In this document: positions 9,934 through 18,971 of the stretch, in pieces
Position numbering within the stretch: position 1 is the stretch's first letter
How the letters are laid out: every line of letters starts with the position of its first letter
Assembly (NCBI GenBank): GCA_965204815.1
Contig: OZ242014.1
Coordinates: 3,213,747 to 3,277,746, forward strand
DNA: 64,000 nucleotides
DNA from: Dehalococcoidia bacterium
GTDB taxonomy: Bacteria > Chloroflexota > Dehalococcoidia > Lucifugimonadales > CATOSD01
Direction of reading: 5' to 3'
Made by a program: the position numbers and the translations under genes
The notes under the pieces: model-generated
Seen by the model: only the letters and a program-made list of their open reading frames with translations
What the model was told of the DNA's origin: nothing
Database searches by the model: none

Positions 9934-10167
9934 ACGGGCTTGCAATGACCGTGCGAAACCGGGGACAATGAGCCTGCCAAGTCTATGCCAAGCCACTGCC
10001 CTCCAAACGCCCCGACGCACACCCCGGCCGCGCCGCACTCCCCCACACGCAGCCAATTCCCTCCCCCATACCCCGAAGAAAACGTCACTTTCCCGCGCCA
10101 TGCGTTCCCATTCGTGCGCAATTTCTCCCCACAAATTCGCCCCGGTTCCGCAATTTCGCCACCGCCC

Positions 10168-10196
10168 TTGAAGTATACGCACATCCGTGCTATTAT
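10168..10196 (+). promoter_or_regulatory. sigma70-type promoter with palindromic spacer (element copy A)
   Basis: TTGAAG-17 nt-TATTAT with GCACATCCGTGC (10179-10190) abutting the -10. Confidence 0.6.
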
Positions 10197-10214
10197 CATC
10201 CATGCGAGGCGTTA

Positions 10215-10253
10215 GTCCCCTCTCCCAAGACTGGGAGAGGGTTAGGGTGAGGG
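10215..10253 (-). repeat. REP-like palindromic repeat (CCCTCACCC.A.CC.TCTCCC...GGGAGAGGG family)
   Basis: Hairpin CCCTCTCCC/GGGAGAGGG; related copies elsewhere in the window. Confidence 0.75.
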
Positions 10254-10599
10254 TTGAGGCGCGCGCCCCGGGCACACGTAGGGGCGTCCCTTGTGGGCGC
10301 CCTGCGGCAGCGAAGACAAGGCCGGTTGACCGGCCCGCCCCCTGTCCTCTTCTGCCACGCGACAGGACGTTAGTGCGCCAGAATGCCCCTTTCGGCGGGA
10401 CAGAATTGAGCACGATCCCGGCCACTCCCAGCTACGAAACGCACAGAATCGCGCAGAATCGAACACTTTTTTCGAAAACGATGGTGTTCGGGGCGCATGA
10501 TAGTCTGAAAAACCGCCGCGCTGAGGCCCGGCTTGACAGACGAACTGGCCAATCAGAACGGTTGAGAATCCGGCAATTGATGTAGAGAGGCCGTTAGCC

Positions 10600-11373
10600 A
10601 TGCCATCGACGATAGAGTGGACGGACGAGACTTGGAACCCGGTGACGGGCTGCACGCGGGTTTCCCCCGGCTGCGATAACTGCTACATGTTCGCCCTGTA
10701 CCCTCGCCTGAGGGCGATGGGGGTGCGCGGATACGAGAGCGAGGCGAGCGACGTGCGGCTGCTGCCGGAGCGGCTGGAAGCGCCGCTGACCTGGAAGCGA
10801 CCGCAGCGCGTGTTCGTCAACAGCATGTCGGACGTGTTTCATCCGAGGGTGCCGTTCGACTTCGTGTACGACATTTTCGACGTGATGCGGCGGGCTGGCG
10901 ACGAGCGCGGGCACATATTCCAGGTGCTGACGAAGCGACCAGGGCTTGCGGTCGCGTGGTGGAAGGAACACGCGGAGGAATTCGACGACTCGTGGCCGGC
11001 GAACGTGTGGTTGGGCACATCGGTCGAATCGCAGAAGTACGCTCCCCGCGTGGAAGTGCTGGCGCGGGTGCCGGCACCCATCCGGTTCGTGTCCGCCGAG
11101 CCGCTGCTCGGGCCGGTCGACCTTAGCGAATGGCTCGACGCGGGCGACGTGCATTGGGTGATTACGGGCGGCGAGAGCGGGCGCGCCGCCAGGCCGATGG
11201 ACGCAGACTGGGCGCGGAGCCTGCGCGACCAGTGTGCGAGGGCGGGGGTGCCGTTCTTCCTGAAGCAGCTTGGTGGACGGCGGGGGAAGCGCTCCGGCGA
11301 CCAAGCCATCATCGACGGGCGCACGTGGACGGAGGCTCCAGAGGTGGTGGCAGCCGAGGCTGTGCTGGCATGA
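10600..11373 (+). CDS. phage Gp37/Gp68-like protein (DUF5131)
   Basis: IEWTDETWNPVTGCTRVSPGCDNCY, FVNSMSDVFH, FQVLTKRP, SAEPLLG, GGESG, FFLKQLGG. Confidence 0.92.
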   Translation: MPSTIEWTDETWNPVTGCTRVSPGCDNCYMFALYPRLRAMGVRGYESEASDVRLLPERLEAPLTWKRPQRVFVNSMSDVFHPRVPFDFVYDIFDVMRRAGDERGHIFQVLTKRPGLAVAWWKEHAEEFDDSWPANVWLGTSVESQKYAPRVEVLARVPAPIRFVSAEPLLGPVDLSEWLDAGDVHWVITGGESGRAARPMDADWARSLRDQCARAGVPFFLKQLGGRRGKRSGDQAIIDGRTWTEAPEVVAAEAVLA

Positions 11374-11451
11374 CTGCGCCGCGCTGAAACCATGTATAAT
11401 CTCGCCCATCGCACCCTCGAGCCTAACGTCCCGATTCGCCAGGAGGCCGAC

Positions 11452-12651
11452 TTGACTCTTTCCGATACGTTTCGCTACCGGGATCCCGGCGTGCGCGTGT
11501 TTTCGGGCACGGACGCGCTGGCCCACCTGCACGGTGAGGCGCGGCGGCTTGGGTCGCAGCGCGCGTTCGCGGTGTGCAGCCCGACGGTGGCGCGGGAGAC
11601 GAGCCTGCTGGACGACGTCGGGCGCACGTTGGGCGATATGTACGCGGGCGCGTACACCGGCGCGCGGCGGGAGTCACCCATCCCGTCCGTGGTCGCGGGG
11701 GTGGAGGCCGCGGAGAAGGCGGACGCGGATCTGATCGTGGCCGTGGGAGGCGGCAGCGCCGTGGTGTCGGCGCGCGCCATCACGATTATGCTGGCGGAAG
11801 AGGGCACGGTCTACGACCTGTGCACCAAGCACACGCCCGGTCAGGCGCCGGTCAGCCCGCGGCTGATGAAGCCCAAGCTGCCCAACCTCCTGGTGCTGAC
11901 CACGCCCACAAACGGCGCGAACCGGGGAGGGGCCGCGGTCCTGGACAGCAAGCGTCCCCACCGGCTGGAGCTGTTCGACCCGAAGGTGCGCCCCACCACG
12001 ATTATCCTGGACGCCGCCGCGCTGCTGACCGCGCCGCTATCGCTGTATCTGGACACCGCCACCACCACCTTCAACGGCGTGGTGAGCGCGCTGCAGTCCC
12101 GCAACCTCAACGCCTTCAGCCACGCCGACCTGCGCGAGGCGCTGGACCTGTCGCTCGTCTACATGCCGCGGCTCGTTGAGAGTCCCCAGAACGCCGAGCC
12201 GCGGCTCAAGCTGGCGTCCGCGGCGCTGCTCGCCAACCGCGCGTCGGACGCGGCGGGGCTGGGCGGAGGCGGTGTGAGCACCAGCCTGGACAGGCAGATA
12301 CGCTACCGCTACGAGGGCGTCGGCCAGGGAGCGGGCGGCGCGGCGTTCCTGTGCGCCACGATGCGCCGCAACCGCGAGGCGCTGCTGGCGGACCAGGCGC
12401 GGCTTGCGGAGCTGCTGGGCGTGCGCGCCGCCGGGATGTCGGACGAGGCGGCGGCAGACGCGGCGGTCACGGCCGTCGGCGAGTTTCTGTCGTCCGTGGG
12501 GATGCCCACCCGTGTCCGGGATCTCGGCGTACCGGAGGAGGACCTGCGCTCCATCGCGGAGGACGACGCGCAGGAGCCGTCGTTCTCGTGGGGCGCGCCG
12601 AGGGCCGACGCCGCGGACGACCTCTACGCATTTCTGCGAGAGGCTTGGTGA
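11452..12651 (+). CDS. iron-containing alcohol dehydrogenase-fold protein (divergent)
   Basis: AVGGGSAV NAD motif, TTP, GMPTRVRDLGV; TTG start after AGGAGG; TATAAT at 11395-11400. Confidence 0.8.
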   Translation: MTLSDTFRYRDPGVRVFSGTDALAHLHGEARRLGSQRAFAVCSPTVARETSLLDDVGRTLGDMYAGAYTGARRESPIPSVVAGVEAAEKADADLIVAVGGGSAVVSARAITIMLAEEGTVYDLCTKHTPGQAPVSPRLMKPKLPNLLVLTTPTNGANRGGAAVLDSKRPHRLELFDPKVRPTTIILDAAALLTAPLSLYLDTATTTFNGVVSALQSRNLNAFSHADLREALDLSLVYMPRLVESPQNAEPRLKLASAALLANRASDAAGLGGGGVSTSLDRQIRYRYEGVGQGAGGAAFLCATMRRNREALLADQARLAELLGVRAAGMSDEAAADAAVTAVGEFLSSVGMPTRVRDLGVPEEDLRSIAEDDAQEPSFSWGAPRADAADDLYAFLREAW

Positions 12652-12654
12652 GGC

Positions 12655-12694
12655 TCACCCCCGTCCTAACCTTCCTCCTTGACGGGAGAAGGGA
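12655..12694 (+). repeat. REP-like palindromic repeat
   Basis: TCACCCCCGTCCTAACCTTCCTCC...GGGAGAAGGGA immediately after a stop codon. Confidence 0.7.
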
Positions 12695-12709
12695 ATCTTG
12701 GGAGGTCTG

Positions 12710-14368
12710 ATGCGCAATTTCAGGCTCGCGCTGGCGCAGACCAACACCACGGTCGGCGACCTGGAGGGCAACGCGCGCAAGGCGATCGAGTTCATCGGAA
12801 GGGCGCGCGACGTGGGCGCGGATCTGGTGGCGTTTCCAGAGCTGACGGTCACGGGCTACCCGCCCGAGGATCTGGTGTTCAAGTCGCAGTTCGTCCGAGA
12901 GAACCTTGAACGGACGCGGCAGATAGCCGCCGTGACCTCCGGCATCACGGCGGTGTACGGGTTCGTGGACGACTCCGGCGGGCTGCGCAACGCGGCGGCA
13001 ATCGCCAAGGACGGCCGGCTCGACGCCGTGTACCACAAGCGGCGGCTGCCCAACTACGGCGTGTTCGACGAGGCGCGCTACTTCGTCCCCGGCGAGAGCT
13101 TCCCCGTCTACGACGTGGCCGGCGCCGCGGTGGGCGTCAACGTGTGCGAGGACATCTGGTTCGAGGACGCGGACGATGCGGTGCCGGTGCAGGCCGCCGC
13201 GGGCGCGCGGCTGATAGTCACCATCAACGGCTCTCCCTACCACGCCGAGAAGCTGCGCCAGCGCGAGGGGCTGGTGTCGGGGCTGGCGATACGCTACGGC
13301 GTCCACGCGGCCTACGTGAACCTGGTGGGCGGACAGGACGAGCTGGTGTTCGACGGCGCGAGCCTGGTGTTTGGGCCGGACGGCGAATGCATCGCGAGGG
13401 GAGCACAGTTCGAGGAGGACCTGCTCGTCGCAGACCTTGCCTTGGGGGCGGGGTGGACGCCGGACACGCCCGGCCCTGAGCGCCAGCCACTACCCGCTCG
13501 CGAACCGACGCGCTACGAGGGCGACGGCGAGGTGTACGCGGCGCTGGTGCTGGGCACGCGCGACTATGTGCGCAAGTGCGGATTCAGCAAGGCGCTGGTC
13601 GCGCTGTCCGGGGGGATCGACTCCAGCCTCGTCGCTACGGTGGCCGTGGACGCGCTGGGGCGGGACAACGTGGTGTGCGTGGCCATGCCGTCGCGTTTTT
13701 CGTCCGAGGGCAGCGTGCTGGACGCGCAGGCGCTCGCGCGGAACCTGGGCATCGAGCTGTGGGAGCTGCCCATCGAGCCGGCGTTCCAGTCCATGCTGGA
13801 CACGCTCGATCCGCAGTTTGAGGGCACGGAGTGGGGCGTAGCGGAGGAGAACATCCAGTCCCGCATACGCGGCAACCTGATCATGGCGCTCTCCAACAAG
13901 TTCAACTGGCTGGTGCTGACCACCGGCAACAAGAGCGAGATGGCGACGGGCTACGCCACGATCTATGGAGACATGGCGGGCGGGTTCGCGGTGATCAAGG
14001 ACGTGCCCAAGGTGCTGGTGTACCGGCTGTGCGAGTACCGCAACACGCTCGGCGACGGCGAGGTCATTCCCCGCAGCGTCATCGAGAAGCCGCCCAGCGC
14101 GGAGTTGCGCCCGGACCAGAAGGACGCCGACAGCCTGCCGCCCTACGAGGTGCTGGACCCGATTCTGAAGGCCTACGTGGAGGACGACGTCGGCTACGGC
14201 GACATCGTGGCGATGGGCTACGCCGAGGCGGACGTGCAGCGGGCCATCACGCTCGCGGACCGCAACGAGTACAAGCGCAGGCAGGCGCCGCCGGGCATCA
14301 AGATAACGCCGCGCAACTTCGGCCGCGACCGCCGGATGCCGATAGCCAACAGGTACAGGCCGTTCTAG
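12710..14368 (+). CDS. nadE: glutamine-dependent NAD+ synthetase
   Basis: Nitrilase domain (FPEL, YHKRRLPNYGVFDE, VCEDIW) plus SGGIDSS, ENIQSRIRG, TGNKSE, PPSAELRPDQKD. Confidence 0.96.
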   Translation: MRNFRLALAQTNTTVGDLEGNARKAIEFIGRARDVGADLVAFPELTVTGYPPEDLVFKSQFVRENLERTRQIAAVTSGITAVYGFVDDSGGLRNAAAIAKDGRLDAVYHKRRLPNYGVFDEARYFVPGESFPVYDVAGAAVGVNVCEDIWFEDADDAVPVQAAAGARLIVTINGSPYHAEKLRQREGLVSGLAIRYGVHAAYVNLVGGQDELVFDGASLVFGPDGECIARGAQFEEDLLVADLALGAGWTPDTPGPERQPLPAREPTRYEGDGEVYAALVLGTRDYVRKCGFSKALVALSGGIDSSLVATVAVDALGRDNVVCVAMPSRFSSEGSVLDAQALARNLGIELWELPIEPAFQSMLDTLDPQFEGTEWGVAEENIQSRIRGNLIMALSNKFNWLVLTTGNKSEMATGYATIYGDMAGGFAVIKDVPKVLVYRLCEYRNTLGDGEVIPRSVIEKPPSAELRPDQKDADSLPPYEVLDPILKAYVEDDVGYGDIVAMGYAEADVQRAITLADRNEYKRRQAPPGIKITPRNFGRDRRMPIANRYRPF

Positions 14369-14382
14369 GACGTGCTTCCAAG

Positions 14383-14423
14383 GTCCCTTCCCCCTCGATG
14401 GGGGGAGGTTAGGATGGGGGTGA
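14383..14423 (-). repeat. REP-like palindromic repeat
   Basis: GTCCCTTCCCCC...GGGGGGAGGTTAGGATGGGGGTGA, an inverted copy of the family. Confidence 0.72.
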
Positions 14424-14437
14424 CGGAGCGTCGCACC

Positions 14438-15394
14438 ATGGCCAGCATAACCACATTAGACAGATTCCGGGGCTGCCTGCTGGGGCTGGCGGCGGGCGAC
14501 GCGCTGGGCACGACGCTGGAGTTTCGCAGCCCCGGCACATTCAGCCCGATCGAGGACATGACCGGCGGAGGGCCGTTTCGGCTGCGCCCCGGCCAGTGGA
14601 CCGACGACACGTCGATGGCGCTGTGCCTAGCGGCGAGCCTGATAGAGTCGGGCGGATTCGACCCGGAGGACCAGATGCGCCGCTACGTGCGCTGGCGTGA
14701 CGAGGGCTACATGTCCGCGACGGGGACCTGCTTCGACATCGGCAACACCGTGTCGGACGCGCTCAGGCGATTCGTCGCCACGGGCGACCCATACGCCGGG
14801 GCCACGGATCGGTGGTCTGCGGGCAACGGGTCGCTCATGCGGCTCGCCCCGGTGCCGATGCTCTACGTCGCCAATGCGGAGGAGGCCGTGGCGCGGTGCG
14901 CCGACAGCTCCCGCACCACGCACGGGGCGGAAGAGGCGGTGGATGCCTGTCGCTACTTCGGCGGGCTGCTGGTTGGCGCGCTGAACGGCGCTGACAAGGC
15001 GACGCTGCTTTCGGACGGCTACTCCCCGGTCGACGGCCTCTGGCAGAGCAGCGAGCCGGCTGGAGGGGTCGCGGCTGTGGCGTTCGGCTCGTTTAAGGTG
15101 CGGCAACCACCGGACATCAAGGGATCGGGTTACGTCGTCAAGTCGCTCGAGGCGGCGCTGTGGGCGTTCCACAACTCCGGCGACTTCCGGGAGGGCGCGC
15201 TTATGGCCGCCAACCTGGGCGACGACGCGGACACGACCGCGGCGATCTACGGCCAGATCGCGGGCGCCCACTACGGCGCGTCCGGCATCCCCGCCGGATG
15301 GCTCGCCAAGCTGACGATGGCAAACGAGATTGGGCGGATGGCGGACGACCTGCACGCGGCGGCGATCGGCCGGGCGCGAAGTCGGGGCGCGTAG
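14438..15394 (+). CDS. ADP-ribosylglycohydrolase family protein
   Basis: GLAAGDALG, GQWTDDT, AGNGSLMR, GDDADTTAA. Confidence 0.93.
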   Translation: MASITTLDRFRGCLLGLAAGDALGTTLEFRSPGTFSPIEDMTGGGPFRLRPGQWTDDTSMALCLAASLIESGGFDPEDQMRRYVRWRDEGYMSATGTCFDIGNTVSDALRRFVATGDPYAGATDRWSAGNGSLMRLAPVPMLYVANAEEAVARCADSSRTTHGAEEAVDACRYFGGLLVGALNGADKATLLSDGYSPVDGLWQSSEPAGGVAAVAFGSFKVRQPPDIKGSGYVVKSLEAALWAFHNSGDFREGALMAANLGDDADTTAAIYGQIAGAHYGASGIPAGWLAKLTMANEIGRMADDLHAAAIGRARSRGA

Positions 15395-15417
15395 CGATGG
15401 GAAAGGAACGCGGGCGA

Positions 15418-16221
15418 ATGGAAACGATCGAGCTTGGCAGAACAGGGGAGATGGTGCCAGTGGTGGGGCTTGGCACGTGGGCGTACACCGGCGGCGACGC
15501 TCCGCTGCGGCGCGGCGTGGAGCTGGGCGCGTTCCTCATCGACACGGCGGAGATGTACCACACCGAGGACGCGGTGGGCCGGGCCGTGGAGGGCATTCGC
15601 GACCAGGTGTTCATCGCCACCAAGGTGCTCGGCAGTACGCTCCGCTACGACCAGGTGCTGGCGGCGGCGGACCGCAGCCTGAAGCGCCTGAACATCGACT
15701 GCATGGACCTGTACCAGGTGCACTGGCCCGACCCGAAAGTGCCCATCGCCGAAACGATGGGCGCCATGGAGCGGCTCGTCGACGAGGGCAAGGTGCGCTA
15801 CGTGGGCGTCAGCAACTTTTCGGTCGCCGAAATGCGGGATGCGCAGGCGTCTATCAAGCATCCGATTGTGTCCAACCAGGTGCTCTACAGCCTGACGGAG
15901 CGGGAGATCGAGGGCGAGTTGCTGCCGTACTGCCAGCAGAATGGCGTGACGGTGTTGGCGTATTCGCCGCTCGGCGAGGGCGCGCTCGCCCGTCCGCCGC
16001 GCCCGGACGACGACGCGTCGCTGCACCTGCTGCGCGTCGTGGCGGAGGAGGCGGGCAAGACCGTGGCGCAGGTGGCGCTGAACTGGTGCATCGCGCACGA
16101 GAACGTGATGGTGATACCGAAGTCGGACAGCGTGGCCCGCACCGAGGAGAATTGCGGCGCGTCGGGTTGGCGGCTGTCGCCGGAGCAGATGCGGCGGCTG
16201 GACGAGGGGTTTCCCGCGTAA
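15418..16221 (+). CDS. aldo/keto reductase
   Basis: GLGTW, IDTAEMY, ATKV, DLYQVHWP, GVSNF, AYSPLG, IPKS. Confidence 0.93.
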   Translation: METIELGRTGEMVPVVGLGTWAYTGGDAPLRRGVELGAFLIDTAEMYHTEDAVGRAVEGIRDQVFIATKVLGSTLRYDQVLAAADRSLKRLNIDCMDLYQVHWPDPKVPIAETMGAMERLVDEGKVRYVGVSNFSVAEMRDAQASIKHPIVSNQVLYSLTEREIEGELLPYCQQNGVTVLAYSPLGEGALARPPRPDDDASLHLLRVVAEEAGKTVAQVALNWCIAHENVMVIPKSDSVARTEENCGASGWRLSPEQMRRLDEGFPA

Positions 16222-16341
16222 CGGCCCGGCTGGAGTGGCACCCATCTTTCGGTGGACACTGCCAGGTCCGCTAACGCCGTCGTTGCGTCACTCCTCAGCA
16301 TCTTCTATCGTATATGGAGCTAAGCTATTGAGGATCGGAAA

Positions 16342-16686
16342 ATGGTACACATCACGGTGAATCTCGACCAAGATGTCTATGAGGGCGCGCGCAGCCGCGC
16401 CACCAAGTTGGGCACGTCTATAGAGGGACTGGTGCGAGGCTACCTCAGAAGCGTAGCTGAAGGCGCGGTGCGTAAGCCGCGCATCGAGGAAGACGAACGG
16501 CGCAGCGACAGGCCTGATGAAGGCGAAAAGATGGTCGCGGAGTCTACCGCCGCGCTTCGACCCAGGGATATGGACGAAGTAATCGCCGACTTCGAAATGC
16601 GAGGCGTAGGGTTGGACATGTCCGAAAACCAGACCCGCCAAGAAATGTACGACGAAGCGAGAGGTCGTCCCGATGCGCTTTGTTGA
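16342..16686 (+). CDS. putative RHH-type antitoxin (VapB-like)
   Basis: MVHITVNLDQDVYEGAR..A...GTSIEGLVRGYL ribbon-helix-helix pattern; overlaps the start of the PIN gene. Confidence 0.65.
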   Translation: MVHITVNLDQDVYEGARSRATKLGTSIEGLVRGYLRSVAEGAVRKPRIEEDERRSDRPDEGEKMVAESTAALRPRDMDEVIADFEMRGVGLDMSENQTRQEMYDEARGRPDALC

Positions 16687-16888
16687 CACCAACGTACTTA
16701 TCTACGCCGTCAGCGGGCGACATACGGAGGCCGTGGAGCTTTGTGCTCGCTACCAGTTGCAGTATTAGGATGCACTCATTCTTGCGACAGCGCGCAAGCA
16801 CGACTGTGAAGCGGTCTATTCGGAAGACATGAGCGCCCAGCAGGACTACGCCGGCCTGCGTGTCATCAATCCATTCGCGGCTCTCTAG
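16673..16888 (+). pseudogene. PIN/VapC toxin pseudogene
   Basis: MRFVDTNVLIYAV...RYQLQY*DALILATA...VYSEDM...LRVINPF: in-frame TAG at 16766-16768 where Trp is expected, and the central part of the domain is missing (72 codons only). Confidence 0.85.
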
Positions 16889-17002
16889 CGGCTCTCACAA
16901 CCAAGCCGGCAGCTTTCCTCGTTCTGCGAGAAGATCCACTCGAATCACGCGGCCCCCCAACGGATGCCGCTGGCTCGGTTCGTCTGAACGGCTTCCCACA
17001 CC

Positions 17003-18427
17003 CTACTCCACCAGTGGTTGGCCGACGAGGTTCCAGTAGGGGACGGCGACCAGAAACACGATGGCGATGGACACGACGGTCATCGCGAGGGCGAGGCGGA
17101 AGACCGTGGGGGCCTCTATCTCCGCCCGCTCGTAGATGAACACGCTGGATGCCGATGCGGCGGGATAGTAGACCAGCGAGTCGCCCACGACCACCACCAC
17201 CATGCCCACCACCAGCGGGTTCAGACCCAGGTCCCCGGCTGCGGCCATCGCCACCGGAATCACCAGCGCCAGGTATCCGGCGATGTTGGGCACCACCAGC
17301 CGCACCACGGCAAAGGATACGGACAGGGTAAACAGCGCGAGCAGCGGCTGGTCCGTCATCTCTCCCAGGCCACCCACAAGCCTTGACGAGAACCAGGCGG
17401 CGGCCCCGCTGCTGACCAGCGCGTGGGCCAGCGACAGCGACGTGGCGATTACGAAGAAGTTGCTCCATCCGACGTTGCTCTCGAAGTCGCGCCAGCCCAA
17501 CATTCCGACGCCCGGCATCAGAATGACGGCGAGCGCGATCAGGGCGGGCACGGCAGGGTGCAGCCCGTGAGCGAAGTCGGTGAACCACAGCAGGGCGGTT
17601 GCCATGGTGATGACGGCCATCTTGATTTCGGAGGTCTTCAGTCTGCCGGGGTCGATGTCCGCGATGCCCTGTAAGTTCTCCAGCCGGAACCCGGCGCGGT
17701 AGGCCAGGAAGATGATCACGCCTCCCACGACCAGGCAGACGTAGAAGGGCACGCTCATCAGGACGAACCAGCGCGTCCAGGAGAAATCGCCCAGCAGTCC
17801 TGACGCCACCACAGGCGTGACGCCTCCCGCCAGCAGGGCCGTGGACCCCAGCCGGTTGAGCGAACCCATCGCGAGCATGACCGCCCGGTTGAGGGCGTGC
17901 GACCTGGGAATGTTCCAGCGCTCCATCACCCGCTCGTACACGTGCACCATGATTGCGCCCCGCGTGCTGGCCGAGGGAAGGGCGAACGTGAGGGCGGCGA
18001 AGGAGAAGAGCATCTGGACGTACAGCATGGCGGGGCTGCCGCCGGCGCCGCGAATCAGGTAGATCGCCATGCGCTCGGCGAGGCCGGAACGCCGCACCGC
18101 CAGGCCGAGCGTGAGTATGCCGAGCAGGAAGTAAGCCACCGGCTGGGAGAATCCGTAGAGCGCGGGGCCGACGTCCGGGACGCCTCCCAGCAGCACCAGC
18201 AGCAGCACGCCCACCAGACCGGAGACGGCGATTGGGAACACCTCGGTGACCCAGAGGACCACGACGAGGGCCACCACCGCCAGCGCGATCTGGCCGGGCC
18301 GGCCGAGGCTTTCCGGCATGGGTAGCAGCAGAAGCGCAAGGAAGACGACCACGGCGGCGGCCAGCTTCGAGGCCATTCGCAGCTCGACTCGCACGCGATA
18401 CCTGGGTTCTTCGTGTCGGTTGGACAA
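17003..18427 (-). CDS. SLC13/DASS family permease
   Basis: Multiple TM helices, LWVTEVFP, PSASTRG, LWFTDFAHG. Confidence 0.85.
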   Translation of the reverse strand: MSNRHEEPRYRVRVELRMASKLAAAVVVFLALLLLPMPESLGRPGQIALAVVALVVVLWVTEVFPIAVSGLVGVLLLVLLGGVPDVGPALYGFSQPVAYFLLGILTLGLAVRRSGLAERMAIYLIRGAGGSPAMLYVQMLFSFAALTFALPSASTRGAIMVHVYERVMERWNIPRSHALNRAVMLAMGSLNRLGSTALLAGGVTPVVASGLLGDFSWTRWFVLMSVPFYVCLVVGGVIIFLAYRAGFRLENLQGIADIDPGRLKTSEIKMAVITMATALLWFTDFAHGLHPAVPALIALAVILMPGVGMLGWRDFESNVGWSNFFVIATSLSLAHALVSSGAAAWFSSRLVGGLGEMTDQPLLALFTLSVSFAVVRLVVPNIAGYLALVIPVAMAAAGDLGLNPLVVGMVVVVVGDSLVYYPAASASSVFIYERAEIEAPTVFRLALAMTVVSIAIVFLVAVPYWNLVGQPLVE

Positions 18428-18542
18428 TCTATATCTTCTGTCGCAAAATGGTACGAGTGTCCACTACAGGAGCGCCCGGGCGTGAATCGCCCCTCGCGGC
18501 GTCCACGCGACAATCCCAAACCCAGACCTGGAAGGAATAACG

Positions 18543-18971
18543 TTGCTTCGCATATCCCAAAGCCACGTAGACGAGATGATCGCCCACGCCGTAGCCGACG
18601 ACCCCAACGAGTGCTGCGGCATCCTGGCGGGCAGCGACGGCGCTGTCGCGCGCCTGTACCGCATCACCAACACCGCGCACAGCCCATACCGCTACCTCAT
18701 GCAGCCGCAGGAGCAGCTAAACGCCATGCTGGACTCCGACCGCAACGGCTGGGACGTGCTCGCCTTCTATCACTCGCACACTCACAGCGCGGCCTATCCG
18801 TCGGCGACCGACGTGCGCATGGCGCAGGAGAGCGGCTGGCTTGGCGAGTACGTAATCTACGTGCTGGTGTCGCTGGAGGACAAGTCCAGCCCCGCCGTGC
18901 GCATGTTCAACATCGCCGAGGACGGCGAGATAACCGAAGCGGCGTTCGAGGTTACTCAAGAGGGACTCTAA
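18543..18971 (+). CDS. M67/JAMM (Mov34) metallopeptidase
   Basis: PNECCGIL and YHSHTHSAAYPSATD JAMM motif. Confidence 0.9.
   Translation: MLRISQSHVDEMIAHAVADDPNECCGILAGSDGAVARLYRITNTAHSPYRYLMQPQEQLNAMLDSDRNGWDVLAFYHSHTHSAAYPSATDVRMAQESGWLGEYVIYVLVSLEDKSSPAVRMFNIAEDGEITEAAFEVTQEGL

Noticed and set aside
10600-11373. Prophage suggested by the Gp37/Gp68 gene
   Set aside because: No structural, terminase or integrase genes in the window
18543-18971. JAMM peptidase as part of a CBASS or ubiquitin-like system
   Set aside because: No E1/E2, ubiquitin-like or cyclase gene nearby; looks like a housekeeping Mec-type peptidase
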